Positions 56,363 to 64,000 of a DNA stretch of 64,000 nt are shown in pieces. The position numbers were made by a program, and so were the translations under genes. The stretch is taken from NCBI RefSeq assembly GCF_056712565.1, contig NZ_CM160072.1; one strand, given 5' to 3'. Within the stretch, counting starts at the first letter, position 1; the number at the start of each line of letters is the position of its first letter. Below the pieces are notes generated by a model. The model saw nothing but the letters and a program-made list of their open reading frames with translations, ran no database searches and had not been told where the DNA came from.

Positions 56363-57610
56363 CTAGCGGTCAGTTTCGGTGATCCACAACTGACCGTCCT
56401 CCATCCACGCCAACCATTGACCATCCGGCGAGAAAACCACGGCGTCCGCAGAAGGTGGATTGGCGTGGTTTTCGGTTAAATACTCAACCTCGCCGCTTTG
56501 CGCATGGGCACAAGCAATCCGATTATCCAGCACAAATCCCAGCCATTCGCCTGATGGATGCCAGTTAAATGCAGACTGAATATCCGTTTTATTATGGGTT
56601 AACTGGCGTGGTTCACCGCCCTGTGGCGAGATAAGCCACAGTTGCACAATGCCGTTATCATCACGCATTAAAAACGCAATTTGTGTTCCTTGAGGATTAC
56701 AACGCACCCAGTGGCGCGGAATGTTAACCAGGCCCGGGTAAATACGATGGTGCGTAAAGGTTAAACGTCGCTGCACGACACCACGCGGTGGCGCAGGCAG
56801 GGTTGTTTCCGTTCCACTTAACGGCACATCACCTGCCGCTTTCCAGCCAGCTTCATCTTTCGGCAACTCGACAATAAACAGCTCCGGCACTTTCTCGCCC
56901 TTTGGCGAAAGTGTGTCGCCAATAAACGCCAGCGCGTGATTTCCTACCCATCCTTCTTCATAAGCACGATTGATTTCATCACTGCCAGGCTGTGGCGTGG
57001 GCGTGGTTTTACTTACCAGCACGCACCAGTGGCTACCGCTGTATTCACGCGGATGCTGCTTTTGTACGTTGACCGGGCCAAACGGTGCAGCAACACCGAC
57101 GTTTCGCAAATCCAGCGCCGGATCGAGTTCATGCATTACATGGTCGTTGTAGGTAAAGCTCACCCTTTCACCGTTCGGGCTAAAGACATGTACATGGCTG
57201 CCGCCACGTAGCGCTCCTGGCGTATATGGCGCGGTAATATCCATTGCATCGAGATTGCTCACCTTGCCGCTTTCAACAATCACTCCGCGCCGATGATGAA
57301 AGTCGTAATACCATGTTTCATCAGGATTTTCCGGGCCGTGGATGAAGACATACTTCTCTGACTTCGGATGAACGGTCACCACGCCGACGTATGCGCCCTG
57401 TGACGCGCGATAGATAACCTCGACCTCGCCGGTATGGATATTCACACGCTCAATGGTCTCGCCGGTAAACGACGCCCCAGAAGGCCGCACGTCAAACACC
57501 AGCCACTGGCTGTCGGGCGTCCAGGTATTGGTATTGGTGAGCAGGTGATTACGAGGAGCAAAGGTTATCTGTTTCATGGCGCGGTCCTGATACAAAACGG
57601 TTCCCGCCAT
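56363..57610 (-). CDS. yidR: Uncharacterised beta-propeller-like protein YidR
   Basis: 415 aa; synteny. Confidence 0.8.
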   Translation of the reverse strand: MAGTVLYQDRAMKQITFAPRNHLLTNTNTWTPDSQWLVFDVRPSGASFTGETIERVNIHTGEVEVIYRASQGAYVGVVTVHPKSEKYVFIHGPENPDETWYYDFHHRRGVIVESGKVSNLDAMDITAPYTPGALRGGSHVHVFSPNGERVSFTYNDHVMHELDPALDLRNVGVAAPFGPVNVQKQHPREYSGSHWCVLVSKTTPTPQPGSDEINRAYEEGWVGNHALAFIGDTLSPKGEKVPELFIVELPKDEAGWKAAGDVPLSGTETTLPAPPRGVVQRRLTFTHHRIYPGLVNIPRHWVRCNPQGTQIAFLMRDDNGIVQLWLISPQGGEPRQLTHNKTDIQSAFNWHPSGEWLGFVLDNRIACAHAQSGEVEYLTENHANPPSADAVVFSPDGQWLAWMEDGQLWITETDR

Positions 57611-57677
57611 AATACTTCACAAGGACTTCACTTTCAGACAATAGTCTTTTGCCATCGTGATGAATGTGAGTGAAAAG

Positions 57678-58778
57678 ATGGAACATTTCGACGTGGCGAT
57701 TATTGGCCTCGGCCCGGCAGGGTCGGCGTTGGCGCGAAAGTTAGCAGGCAAAATGCAGGTGATCGCGCTGGATAAAAAGCACCAGCATGGTACTGAAGGT
57801 TTCAGCAAACCTTGTGGCGGTCTGCTGGCACCGGACGCGCAGCGATCTTTTATTCGCGATGGATTGACGCTTCCTGTCGATGTCATCGCCAACCCGCAGA
57901 TTTTCAGCGTCAAAACCGTCGACGTCGCCGCATCGCTCACGCGTAACTACCAGCGAAGCTATATCAATATTAATCGCCATGCTTTCGACTTGTGGATGAA
58001 ATCGCTGATCCCCGCCAGCGTTGAGGTTTACCACGACAGCCTGTGTCGAAAAATCTGGCGTGAGGATGATAAATGGCATGTCATTTTTCGCGCAGACGGC
58101 TGGGAGCAGCATATTACCGCCCGCTATCTGGTCGGTGCCGATGGTGCCAACTCGATGGTGCGGCGACATCTCTACCCGGATCATCAGATTCGTAAATATG
58201 TCGCCATCCAGCAGTGGTTCGCAGAGAAACATCCGGTGCCGTTCTACTCCTGCATCTTTGATAATGCGATAACTGACTGTTACTCATGGAGTATCAGCAA
58301 AGACGGTTATTTTATCTTTGGCGGTGCCTATCCGATGAAAGACGGTCAGACGCGTTTCACGACGCTAAAAGAGAAAATGAGCGCCTTTCAGTTCCAGTTT
58401 GGTAAGGCGGTGAAAAGCGAAAAATGCACGGTGCTGTTTCCCTCACGCTGGCAGGATTTTGTCTGCGGCAAGGACAACGCCTTTCTGATTGGCGAAGCGG
58501 CGGGATTTATCAGCGCCAGCTCGCTGGAGGGGATTAGCTATGCGCTGGATAGCGCAGAGATTCTGCGTTCGGTATTACTGAAGCTGCCAGAGAAGCTCAA
58601 TACCGCTTACTGGCGCGCCACTCGCAAACTGCGTTTAAAACTCTTCGGCAAGATAGTAAAAAGCCGATGCCTGACCGCACCGGCTTTAAGAAAGTGGATT
58701 ATGCGCAGTGGAGTGGCGCATATTCCACAGTTGAAAGATTATCCAACGCGCTTCACATCGCCCACCAGCAGGATGTAA
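57678..58778 (+). CDS. cbrA: FAD-dependent oxidoreductase CbrA
   Basis: N-terminal FAD-binding motif [14 protein letters not shown]; synteny; start codon uncertain. Confidence 0.8.
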   Translation: MEHFDVAIIGLGPAGSALARKLAGKMQVIALDKKHQHGTEGFSKPCGGLLAPDAQRSFIRDGLTLPVDVIANPQIFSVKTVDVAASLTRNYQRSYININRHAFDLWMKSLIPASVEVYHDSLCRKIWREDDKWHVIFRADGWEQHITARYLVGADGANSMVRRHLYPDHQIRKYVAIQQWFAEKHPVPFYSCIFDNAITDCYSWSISKDGYFIFGGAYPMKDGQTRFTTLKEKMSAFQFQFGKAVKSEKCTVLFPSRWQDFVCGKDNAFLIGEAAGFISASSLEGISYALDSAEILRSVLLKLPEKLNTAYWRATRKLRLKLFGKIVKSRCLTAPALRKWIMRSGVAHIPQLKDYPTRFTSPTSRM

Positions 58779-60031
58779 GAGAGCGCGCCAATCAACGCGA
58801 CGGCGGAGATATAAACCAGTGCAGGCGCGAAACCGTAACCCTGCGCCAGGTACCCCACCACCAGCGGAACGGTGATGCCGCCCAGACCACCGGCAAAGTT
58901 AAACACACCGCCGGTTAAACCAATCAGGCGCATCGGTGCCAGAGAAGAGACCAGCGACCAGGTTATCGAAGCAAAACCGTTGCCGAAGAATGCCAGCGCC
59001 ATCAGGCACATAATCATCATCGGATCGTTGGTGTAGTTCGCACCCATAATGCAGGTGGAGATCAGCAAGCCGCAGATAATCGGCGTTTTACGCGCAAAGC
59101 CCAGTGAAAAGCCCTTACGTACCAGCAGATCCGCGACCCAGCCAGAGAGCAGGACGCCAATAAACGCCGCGAGGAATGGCACCGTGGTCATAAAGCCTGC
59201 TTTCAGCGCTGTGATTCCTTTTTCCTGGGTTAAATAGTTCGGGAACCAGGTTAAGAAAAACCACAGTGTAGAAGCCACCGCAAATTGCCCAAGATAGACA
59301 CCGATCAGTTTACGATGGAACACCAGTTTCCAGTCTTTGGCTGTTAACGGCTGACGCGCCTCTTTCTTCACCGGCGCATCGCCATCCACCAGACCGCCGC
59401 CATCACGAATGTAATCCAGTTCAGCTTTGCTGATGCCTTTGGTCAGACGCGGCGGCTGATAAACCTTAAACCAAATCAGCGACCAGATAATGCCGATACC
59501 ACCGGTGACAATGAACACCCAGTGCCAGCTCAACATCTCCTGAATCCAGATCAGCAGCGGAGTCAGAAACGCCAGACCGACAAACTGACCAGACGTATAA
59601 AAACCAACGGCAGAAGCACGTTCATGTTCCGGGAACCAACTGGTTACCATCCGGTTATTGGTCGGGAACGCGGGCGCTTCGAAAATACCGGTTATCGCGC
59701 GCAGACCAATTAATGACATTAAGCCCGTGGCAAAGCCCTGGAATAACGTCGCCACTGACCAGCCAAATATCGCAATAAAATAAGTCACGCGTGAACCTAC
59801 GCGATCTAAAAACCAACCACCGGGGATCTGACATAGCGTATAAAGCCAGGCGAAGGCCGAAAATACATAGCCCATTTGCGCTTTAGTAATACCAAACTCT
59901 TCCTGAATATGGGCAGAAGCCACGGCCAGGTTAGCGCGGTCAACATAACAAATGACCACCGTAATAAAGATCATCACCAGCGTCAGATAACGCCGACGCC
60001 CCGGCTTTGCTGCATTAACGGGAATATCCAT
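58739..60031 (-). CDS. dgoT: D-galactonate:H+ symporter (MFS)
   Basis: 430 aa from [22 protein letters not shown]; dgo operon synteny. Confidence 0.9.
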   Translation of the reverse strand: MDIPVNAAKPGRRRYLTLVMIFITVVICYVDRANLAVASAHIQEEFGITKAQMGYVFSAFAWLYTLCQIPGGWFLDRVGSRVTYFIAIFGWSVATLFQGFATGLMSLIGLRAITGIFEAPAFPTNNRMVTSWFPEHERASAVGFYTSGQFVGLAFLTPLLIWIQEMLSWHWVFIVTGGIGIIWSLIWFKVYQPPRLTKGISKAELDYIRDGGGLVDGDAPVKKEARQPLTAKDWKLVFHRKLIGVYLGQFAVASTLWFFLTWFPNYLTQEKGITALKAGFMTTVPFLAAFIGVLLSGWVADLLVRKGFSLGFARKTPIICGLLISTCIMGANYTNDPMMIMCLMALAFFGNGFASITWSLVSSLAPMRLIGLTGGVFNFAGGLGGITVPLVVGYLAQGYGFAPALVYISAVALIGALSYILLVGDVKRVG

Positions 60032-60150
60032 AGCGAGCTTTCTCCAGATTTTGGGCATAGCGAAGCCGCTCACCATGCCCTGTAATTTACAGAGGGTTAT
60101 ATTTTTGTATTGCTGTTTTAGTGCCCGATGAGGGGCTTACGTGGCAGGAA

Positions 60151-61299
60151 TTACCACTCTGCTACGCTGTTATCTTCATGACGCCAGAGCGGATTACGCC
60201 AGTCCGGGGCATTTTTACTGAACTCAATAACTTTAGCTTCGTCGATTTCCACGCCTAAGCCCGGTTTCGTTAATGGTTTAAAGAAACCGCCGACCATGCT
60301 GAAGTCCTCTTTGTTTTTCACAAAGTCGAGTAACTCCGCGCCTTTGTTGTAATGAATGCCCATACTTTGTTCCTGAAGGACGGCGTTATAGGAAACAAAG
60401 TCGATATGCAGGCAAGCCGCCAGTGCAATCGGTCCGAGCGGACAGTGCGGCGCAAGGGTCACGTCATAGGCTTCTGCCATTCCGGCAATTTTGTAGCATT
60501 CGGTAATACCGCCTGCGTGGGAGAGATCCGGTTGCAGAATCGAAATACCGCCTGCCTCCAGCACACGTTTAAAATCGAAGCGTGAGAACATGCGCTCACC
60601 CGCCGCCAGTGGAATATGCGTTTGTGCCGCCAGTTTCGGGTAGTATTCGGCCTGTTCCGCCAGCACCGGCTCTTCAATAAACAGCGGACGATACGGTTCC
60701 AGCTCTTTAATCAGCACTTTCGCCATCGGCGCGCTGACGCGACCATGGAAGTCCAGACCAAACTCAATCTGATTACCAAAGGCTTCACGAATTTGCGCCA
60801 CGGTGTTGACTGCCGCATCTACCGCGCGGGAGTTATCAATTAGCCCCAGTTCTTCACAACCATTCAGTTTGAAGGTATCGAAGCCGATTTCGCGTAGCGT
60901 TTTAATGCCGTCGATAACATCCGCCGGACGATCGCCGCCGACCCAACTGTAGGCTTTAATTTTGTCGCGAACCAGGCCGCCCATCAGTTGCCAGACCGGC
61001 GCATTCAGCACTTTGCCTTTGATATCCCATAACGCCTGGTCGATCCCGGCGATGGCGCTCATCAGGATTGGACCGCCACGATAAAATCCGGCGCGATACA
61101 TCACTTGCCATAAGTCGTTGATGCGTGACGGGTCCTGACCAATCAAATAGTCACTCAGCTCGTGGACTGCCGCTTCCACCGTGCGAGCGCGGCCTTCAAT
61201 CACGGGCTCGCCCCAACCGACCACGCCTTCATCGGTTTCAATTTTCAGGAACATCCAGCGGGGAGGTAAACGATACGTGGTAATTTTGGTGATTTTCAT
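60151..61299 (-). CDS. dgoD: D-galactonate dehydratase
   Basis: 382 aa enolase-superfamily protein [25 protein letters not shown]. Confidence 0.95.
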   Translation of the reverse strand: MKITKITTYRLPPRWMFLKIETDEGVVGWGEPVIEGRARTVEAAVHELSDYLIGQDPSRINDLWQVMYRAGFYRGGPILMSAIAGIDQALWDIKGKVLNAPVWQLMGGLVRDKIKAYSWVGGDRPADVIDGIKTLREIGFDTFKLNGCEELGLIDNSRAVDAAVNTVAQIREAFGNQIEFGLDFHGRVSAPMAKVLIKELEPYRPLFIEEPVLAEQAEYYPKLAAQTHIPLAAGERMFSRFDFKRVLEAGGISILQPDLSHAGGITECYKIAGMAEAYDVTLAPHCPLGPIALAACLHIDFVSYNAVLQEQSMGIHYNKGAELLDFVKNKEDFSMVGGFFKPLTKPGLGVEIDEAKVIEFSKNAPDWRNPLWRHEDNSVAEW

Positions 61300-61913
61300 T
61301 GCACTGCCTCTCGATACGCCTTAACAAATGCTGCTGCCTGCTGCGCAGTCCGTTCTACGGACTGCCCGGCGCGATAGAGATCGCTACCTAAGCCCGCTCC
61401 GGCACAGCCTGCATCTATCCACTGCGCCAGGTTTTCTGGCGTCACACCGCCAACGGCAAAGACCGCGATGTCCGGTGGTAATACCGCTTTTAATGCTTTG
61501 ATGTATTGCGGACCAAAAGCCGATGACGGGAATATTTTCAGCGCCTGCGCGCCCGCTTCGAGCGCGGTAAAGGCTTCGGTCGCCGTCGCACAGCCGGGGC
61601 AGACGGTCATGCCGTAGCCCACCGCACGGCGGATCACTTCACTATGGATATTGGGCGTAACGATGAGCTGACAGCCCATTCTGGCGAGCGCATCGACCTG
61701 TTCAGGTTTCAGTACCGTACCTGCGCCAATCAACGCCTTATCGCCGTACGCATCAACGATGGCGGGAATGCTCTGCTCCCATTGTGGAGAATTCAGCGGG
61801 ATTTCAACCGCGTCGAACCCGGCGTCAATCACCGCGCCAACATGTGCCAGTGCCTCGTCGGGCGTAATGCCGCGCAAAATGGCGATCAGCGGGAGTTTAG
61901 TTTGCCACTGCAT
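61296..61913 (-). CDS. dgoA: 2-dehydro-3-deoxy-6-phosphogalactonate aldolase
   Basis: 205 aa; overlaps dgoD start; synteny. Confidence 0.95.
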   Translation of the reverse strand: MQWQTKLPLIAILRGITPDEALAHVGAVIDAGFDAVEIPLNSPQWEQSIPAIVDAYGDKALIGAGTVLKPEQVDALARMGCQLIVTPNIHSEVIRRAVGYGMTVCPGCATATEAFTALEAGAQALKIFPSSAFGPQYIKALKAVLPPDIAVFAVGGVTPENLAQWIDAGCAGAGLGSDLYRAGQSVERTAQQAAAFVKAYREAVQ

Positions 61914-62775
61914 GAGCGATGCTCCTTATACCAGCCTGAAATGCCGTGTCGCCTGCCACCGCCGTCACGTCGCAACCCATCGCCTGAAAGGCTTGCTGGT
62001 AGCGCACGGTCAGCGATGTTCCGGCGACAAGGGTGATGACTTGTTGATGGGTCACATAGTCGCGCATACTGGCGACCTCTGCGCCAATCAACAAACCAGA
62101 GAGAAATTCGCTGACCTGTTCGCGGGGAAGTGTTCCCAGCACATGCGAGGCGCGAACTTCAAAAAGCTGCGGCAATATGTCGGGAGCATTAAGGCCACGC
62201 TCAAGACCAGCCGCGAAAGCATCGGCAGCGTTTTCCTGCGGCGGCAAACCTGCGCCAATCAATGAGTGATTTAACAGTAAATGATGTAATTCACCGGTCA
62301 TCACGGTGCGAAAATCGTTAATTTGCTGGCTATCGGCCTGCACCCATTTGCAATGCGTACCGGGCATGACATAAAGAGAGGAAGGAGCGAGAGTGCGCGC
62401 GCCGATCAATTGTGTTTCTTCGCCGCGCATCACATTGTGGTTATCGTCATGAGAGACGCATAATCCGGGAATAATCCAGATATTGTCGCCAGCAGATGTT
62501 AATTGTTCGCCAATAGACGAGAAACGGGCTGGAACGGATAAATATGGCGCAACTTTCCAGCCGACATTGCTGCCGACCATTCCTGCCATTACCACTGGCG
62601 TATTCTCTTCACGCCAGTCGGTCGTCACTTCTGCTAACACCGCAGCCGGAGATTTTCCGTTCAGGCGCGTGACGCCTGCTTCTGATTGCCTGCTGTCCAG
62701 GCAGTGGTCGCCCTGATAAAGCCAGGCGCGCAGATTGGTCGATCCCCAGTCAATTGCGATGTAGCGAGCTGTCAT
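61897..62775 (-). CDS. dgoK: 2-dehydro-3-deoxygalactonokinase
   Basis: 292 aa; overlaps dgoA and dgoR; synteny. Confidence 0.9.
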   Translation of the reverse strand: MTARYIAIDWGSTNLRAWLYQGDHCLDSRQSEAGVTRLNGKSPAAVLAEVTTDWREENTPVVMAGMVGSNVGWKVAPYLSVPARFSSIGEQLTSAGDNIWIIPGLCVSHDDNHNVMRGEETQLIGARTLAPSSLYVMPGTHCKWVQADSQQINDFRTVMTGELHHLLLNHSLIGAGLPPQENAADAFAAGLERGLNAPDILPQLFEVRASHVLGTLPREQVSEFLSGLLIGAEVASMRDYVTHQQVITLVAGTSLTVRYQQAFQAMGCDVTAVAGDTAFQAGIRSIAHAVAN

Positions 62776-63461
62776 GTGATTTCCTTTAACCTTCGTGTCG
62801 AGCTGGCGATCATGGTAAGCGCCGCCTGCTCTGCCGCATCGCCGTCCTGATGCCTTATCGCATCGAACAGCGCCTTATGTTCCTGGAGCGTTTGCGGCAT
62901 GTTGGCCTCATCGCCCATCCAGGTTCGTTCAAAAACCGCCCGCTGCAGCGAACTGATCGCAATGCTCAGTTGCTGTAACACCGGGTTATGCACCGACTGC
63001 AGCACCGCCTCGTGGTAGCGAATATCCGCTTCGTTAAACGCTTCGCGGTCCTGATTGTTAGCAATCATCTCGTTCAGCGCCGATTCAATCTGCGCCAGAT
63101 CGCTGGAGGTCGCGCGTTCTGCTGCCCAACGGGCAATCGCCGGTTCCACCAGATTTCGCACTTCGCTCATTGCACTGATAAGCCGTGGGTCGTAGTCGTT
63201 TTCCAGCACCCATTGCAGTACGTCAGTGTCGAGGTAATTCCACTGGTTACGCGGAGCCACAAACGCCCCGCGATAACGTTTCATTTCAATCAGCCGCTTC
63301 GCCATCAGCGAACGAAATACCTCACGGATGATGTTGCGCGAGGTTGCAAACTCCTCACAGAGTTCTGCCTCAGCCGGAAGCGGCGAGCCTGGCACGTATT
63401 TGCCGTGAACGATCTGTTTACCCAGCGTAATAACGATGCGATCGGTTTTATTGAGAGTCAT
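62772..63461 (-). CDS. dgoR: GntR/FadR-family repressor of the dgo operon
   Basis: 229 aa; N-terminal winged HTH; first gene of dgoRKADT. Confidence 0.9.
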   Translation of the reverse strand: MTLNKTDRIVITLGKQIVHGKYVPGSPLPAEAELCEEFATSRNIIREVFRSLMAKRLIEMKRYRGAFVAPRNQWNYLDTDVLQWVLENDYDPRLISAMSEVRNLVEPAIARWAAERATSSDLAQIESALNEMIANNQDREAFNEADIRYHEAVLQSVHNPVLQQLSIAISSLQRAVFERTWMGDEANMPQTLQEHKALFDAIRHQDGDAAEQAALTMIASSTRRLKEIT

Positions 63462-63570
63462 GGAGAGTCCTTGTGCTCTGTATGTTCTTCTCTACTTTAC
63501 CCCGATCGATGCATAACGCGGCAATTTTGTAGTACCAGCGTGATGACGTTCGCGTTTGCTGTGCGCCTAA

Positions 63571-63600
63571 TGTAGTACAAAGTTATATTATTGTACTACA
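63571..63600. promoter_or_regulatory. Candidate DgoR operator: inverted repeat TGTAGTACA-N12-TGTACTACA in the dgo promoter region
   Basis: Two palindromic GntR-type half-sites read from sequence, about 110 bp upstream of dgoR. Confidence 0.55.
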
Positions 63601-63739
63601 ATTTAGATCACAAAAAGAACAATCCATAAGAAAATGTTCTACGTCGGGCAAAAATCTGAAAAGGGAGATCAGGCGCTAAACAGGAGGGAAAGAAGAGTAT
63701 GCTTTCAACGGCTTAGTACTCTTGTTTAAAGGATTAATC

Positions 63740-64000
63740 ATGAAGTTGAATCTTAAGGGATTTTTCAAGGCTGCCAGTTTGTGTTCTTTGGCATTTGCGT
63801 TGACCGGATGTATCACCTGGGGATTGGTTTCCAATACTGCAAGCCGTCCACATGCCGAGCAATGGCGGTCAGACACGATTAAGGGTTTATCGCTGGCAGA
63901 AGATAGTAACGGTACGAAAGGCTATGTTTTTGTTGGTGAATCGTTGGACTATCTGTTGACCACCGGCGGCGATGAGGTGGTTAAAATGCTGAACGATCCG
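63740..64000 (+). CDS. yidX: Lipoprotein YidX, 3'-truncated at window edge
   Basis: [24 protein letters not shown] lipobox signal peptide; synteny after dgoR. Confidence 0.7.
   Translation, partial: MKLNLKGFFKAASLCSLAFALTGCITWGLVSNTASRPHAEQWRSDTIKGLSLAEDSNGTKGYVFVGESLDYLLTTGGDEVVKMLNDP

Overview
This window reads as an Escherichia coli chromosomal segment. Core genes are recognised by eye from their translated sequences and syntenic order: dinD, yicG, ligB, the gmk-rpoZ-spoT-trmH-recG operon, gltS, xanP, yicH, yicI-yicJ, tRNA-Sec selC, yicL, nlpA, yicS, nepI, yicN, adeQ, ade, uhpABCT, ilvBN with leader ivbL, emrD, yidFGH, yidJ, yidK, yidL, yidE, ibpAB, yidQ, yidR, cbrA, dgoRKADT and the start of yidX. 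No search or computation was run; GC statements are visual estimates. Against this backbone there are four regions that do not look like K-12 (from memory). (1) Positions 1-2900 upstream of dinD carry an uncharacterised module: a 5'-truncated ORF translationally coupled to an AT-rich small membrane protein gene, a possible 38-aa hydrophobic peptide, a strong terminator, a 21-bp-phased iteron-like repeat array next to an AT-rich stretch, and a long minus-strand open frame divergent from dinD across its LexA box. This is my best candidate for an undescribed system, but I cannot assign it a function. (2) An 8-gene minus-strand operon (PRD regulator, fructose-type PTS IIA/IIB/IIC, two class II aldolases, ROK kinase, cupin) sits between yicH and yicI and matches the described ExPEC-associated frz operon. 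(3) selC is followed by a 1.25-kb islet with a RhuM-family gene, bounded by an imperfect repeat of the selC 3' end, then decayed low-GC remnants; no integrase is present and setC is not found. (4) yidJ (sulfatase) is split by a 1-bp frameshift in a homopolymer. The ilvB-emrD spacer also shows no tisB/istR, and glvCBG-yidP is not present between yidL and yidE. No CRISPR array, rRNA or intact IS element was seen.
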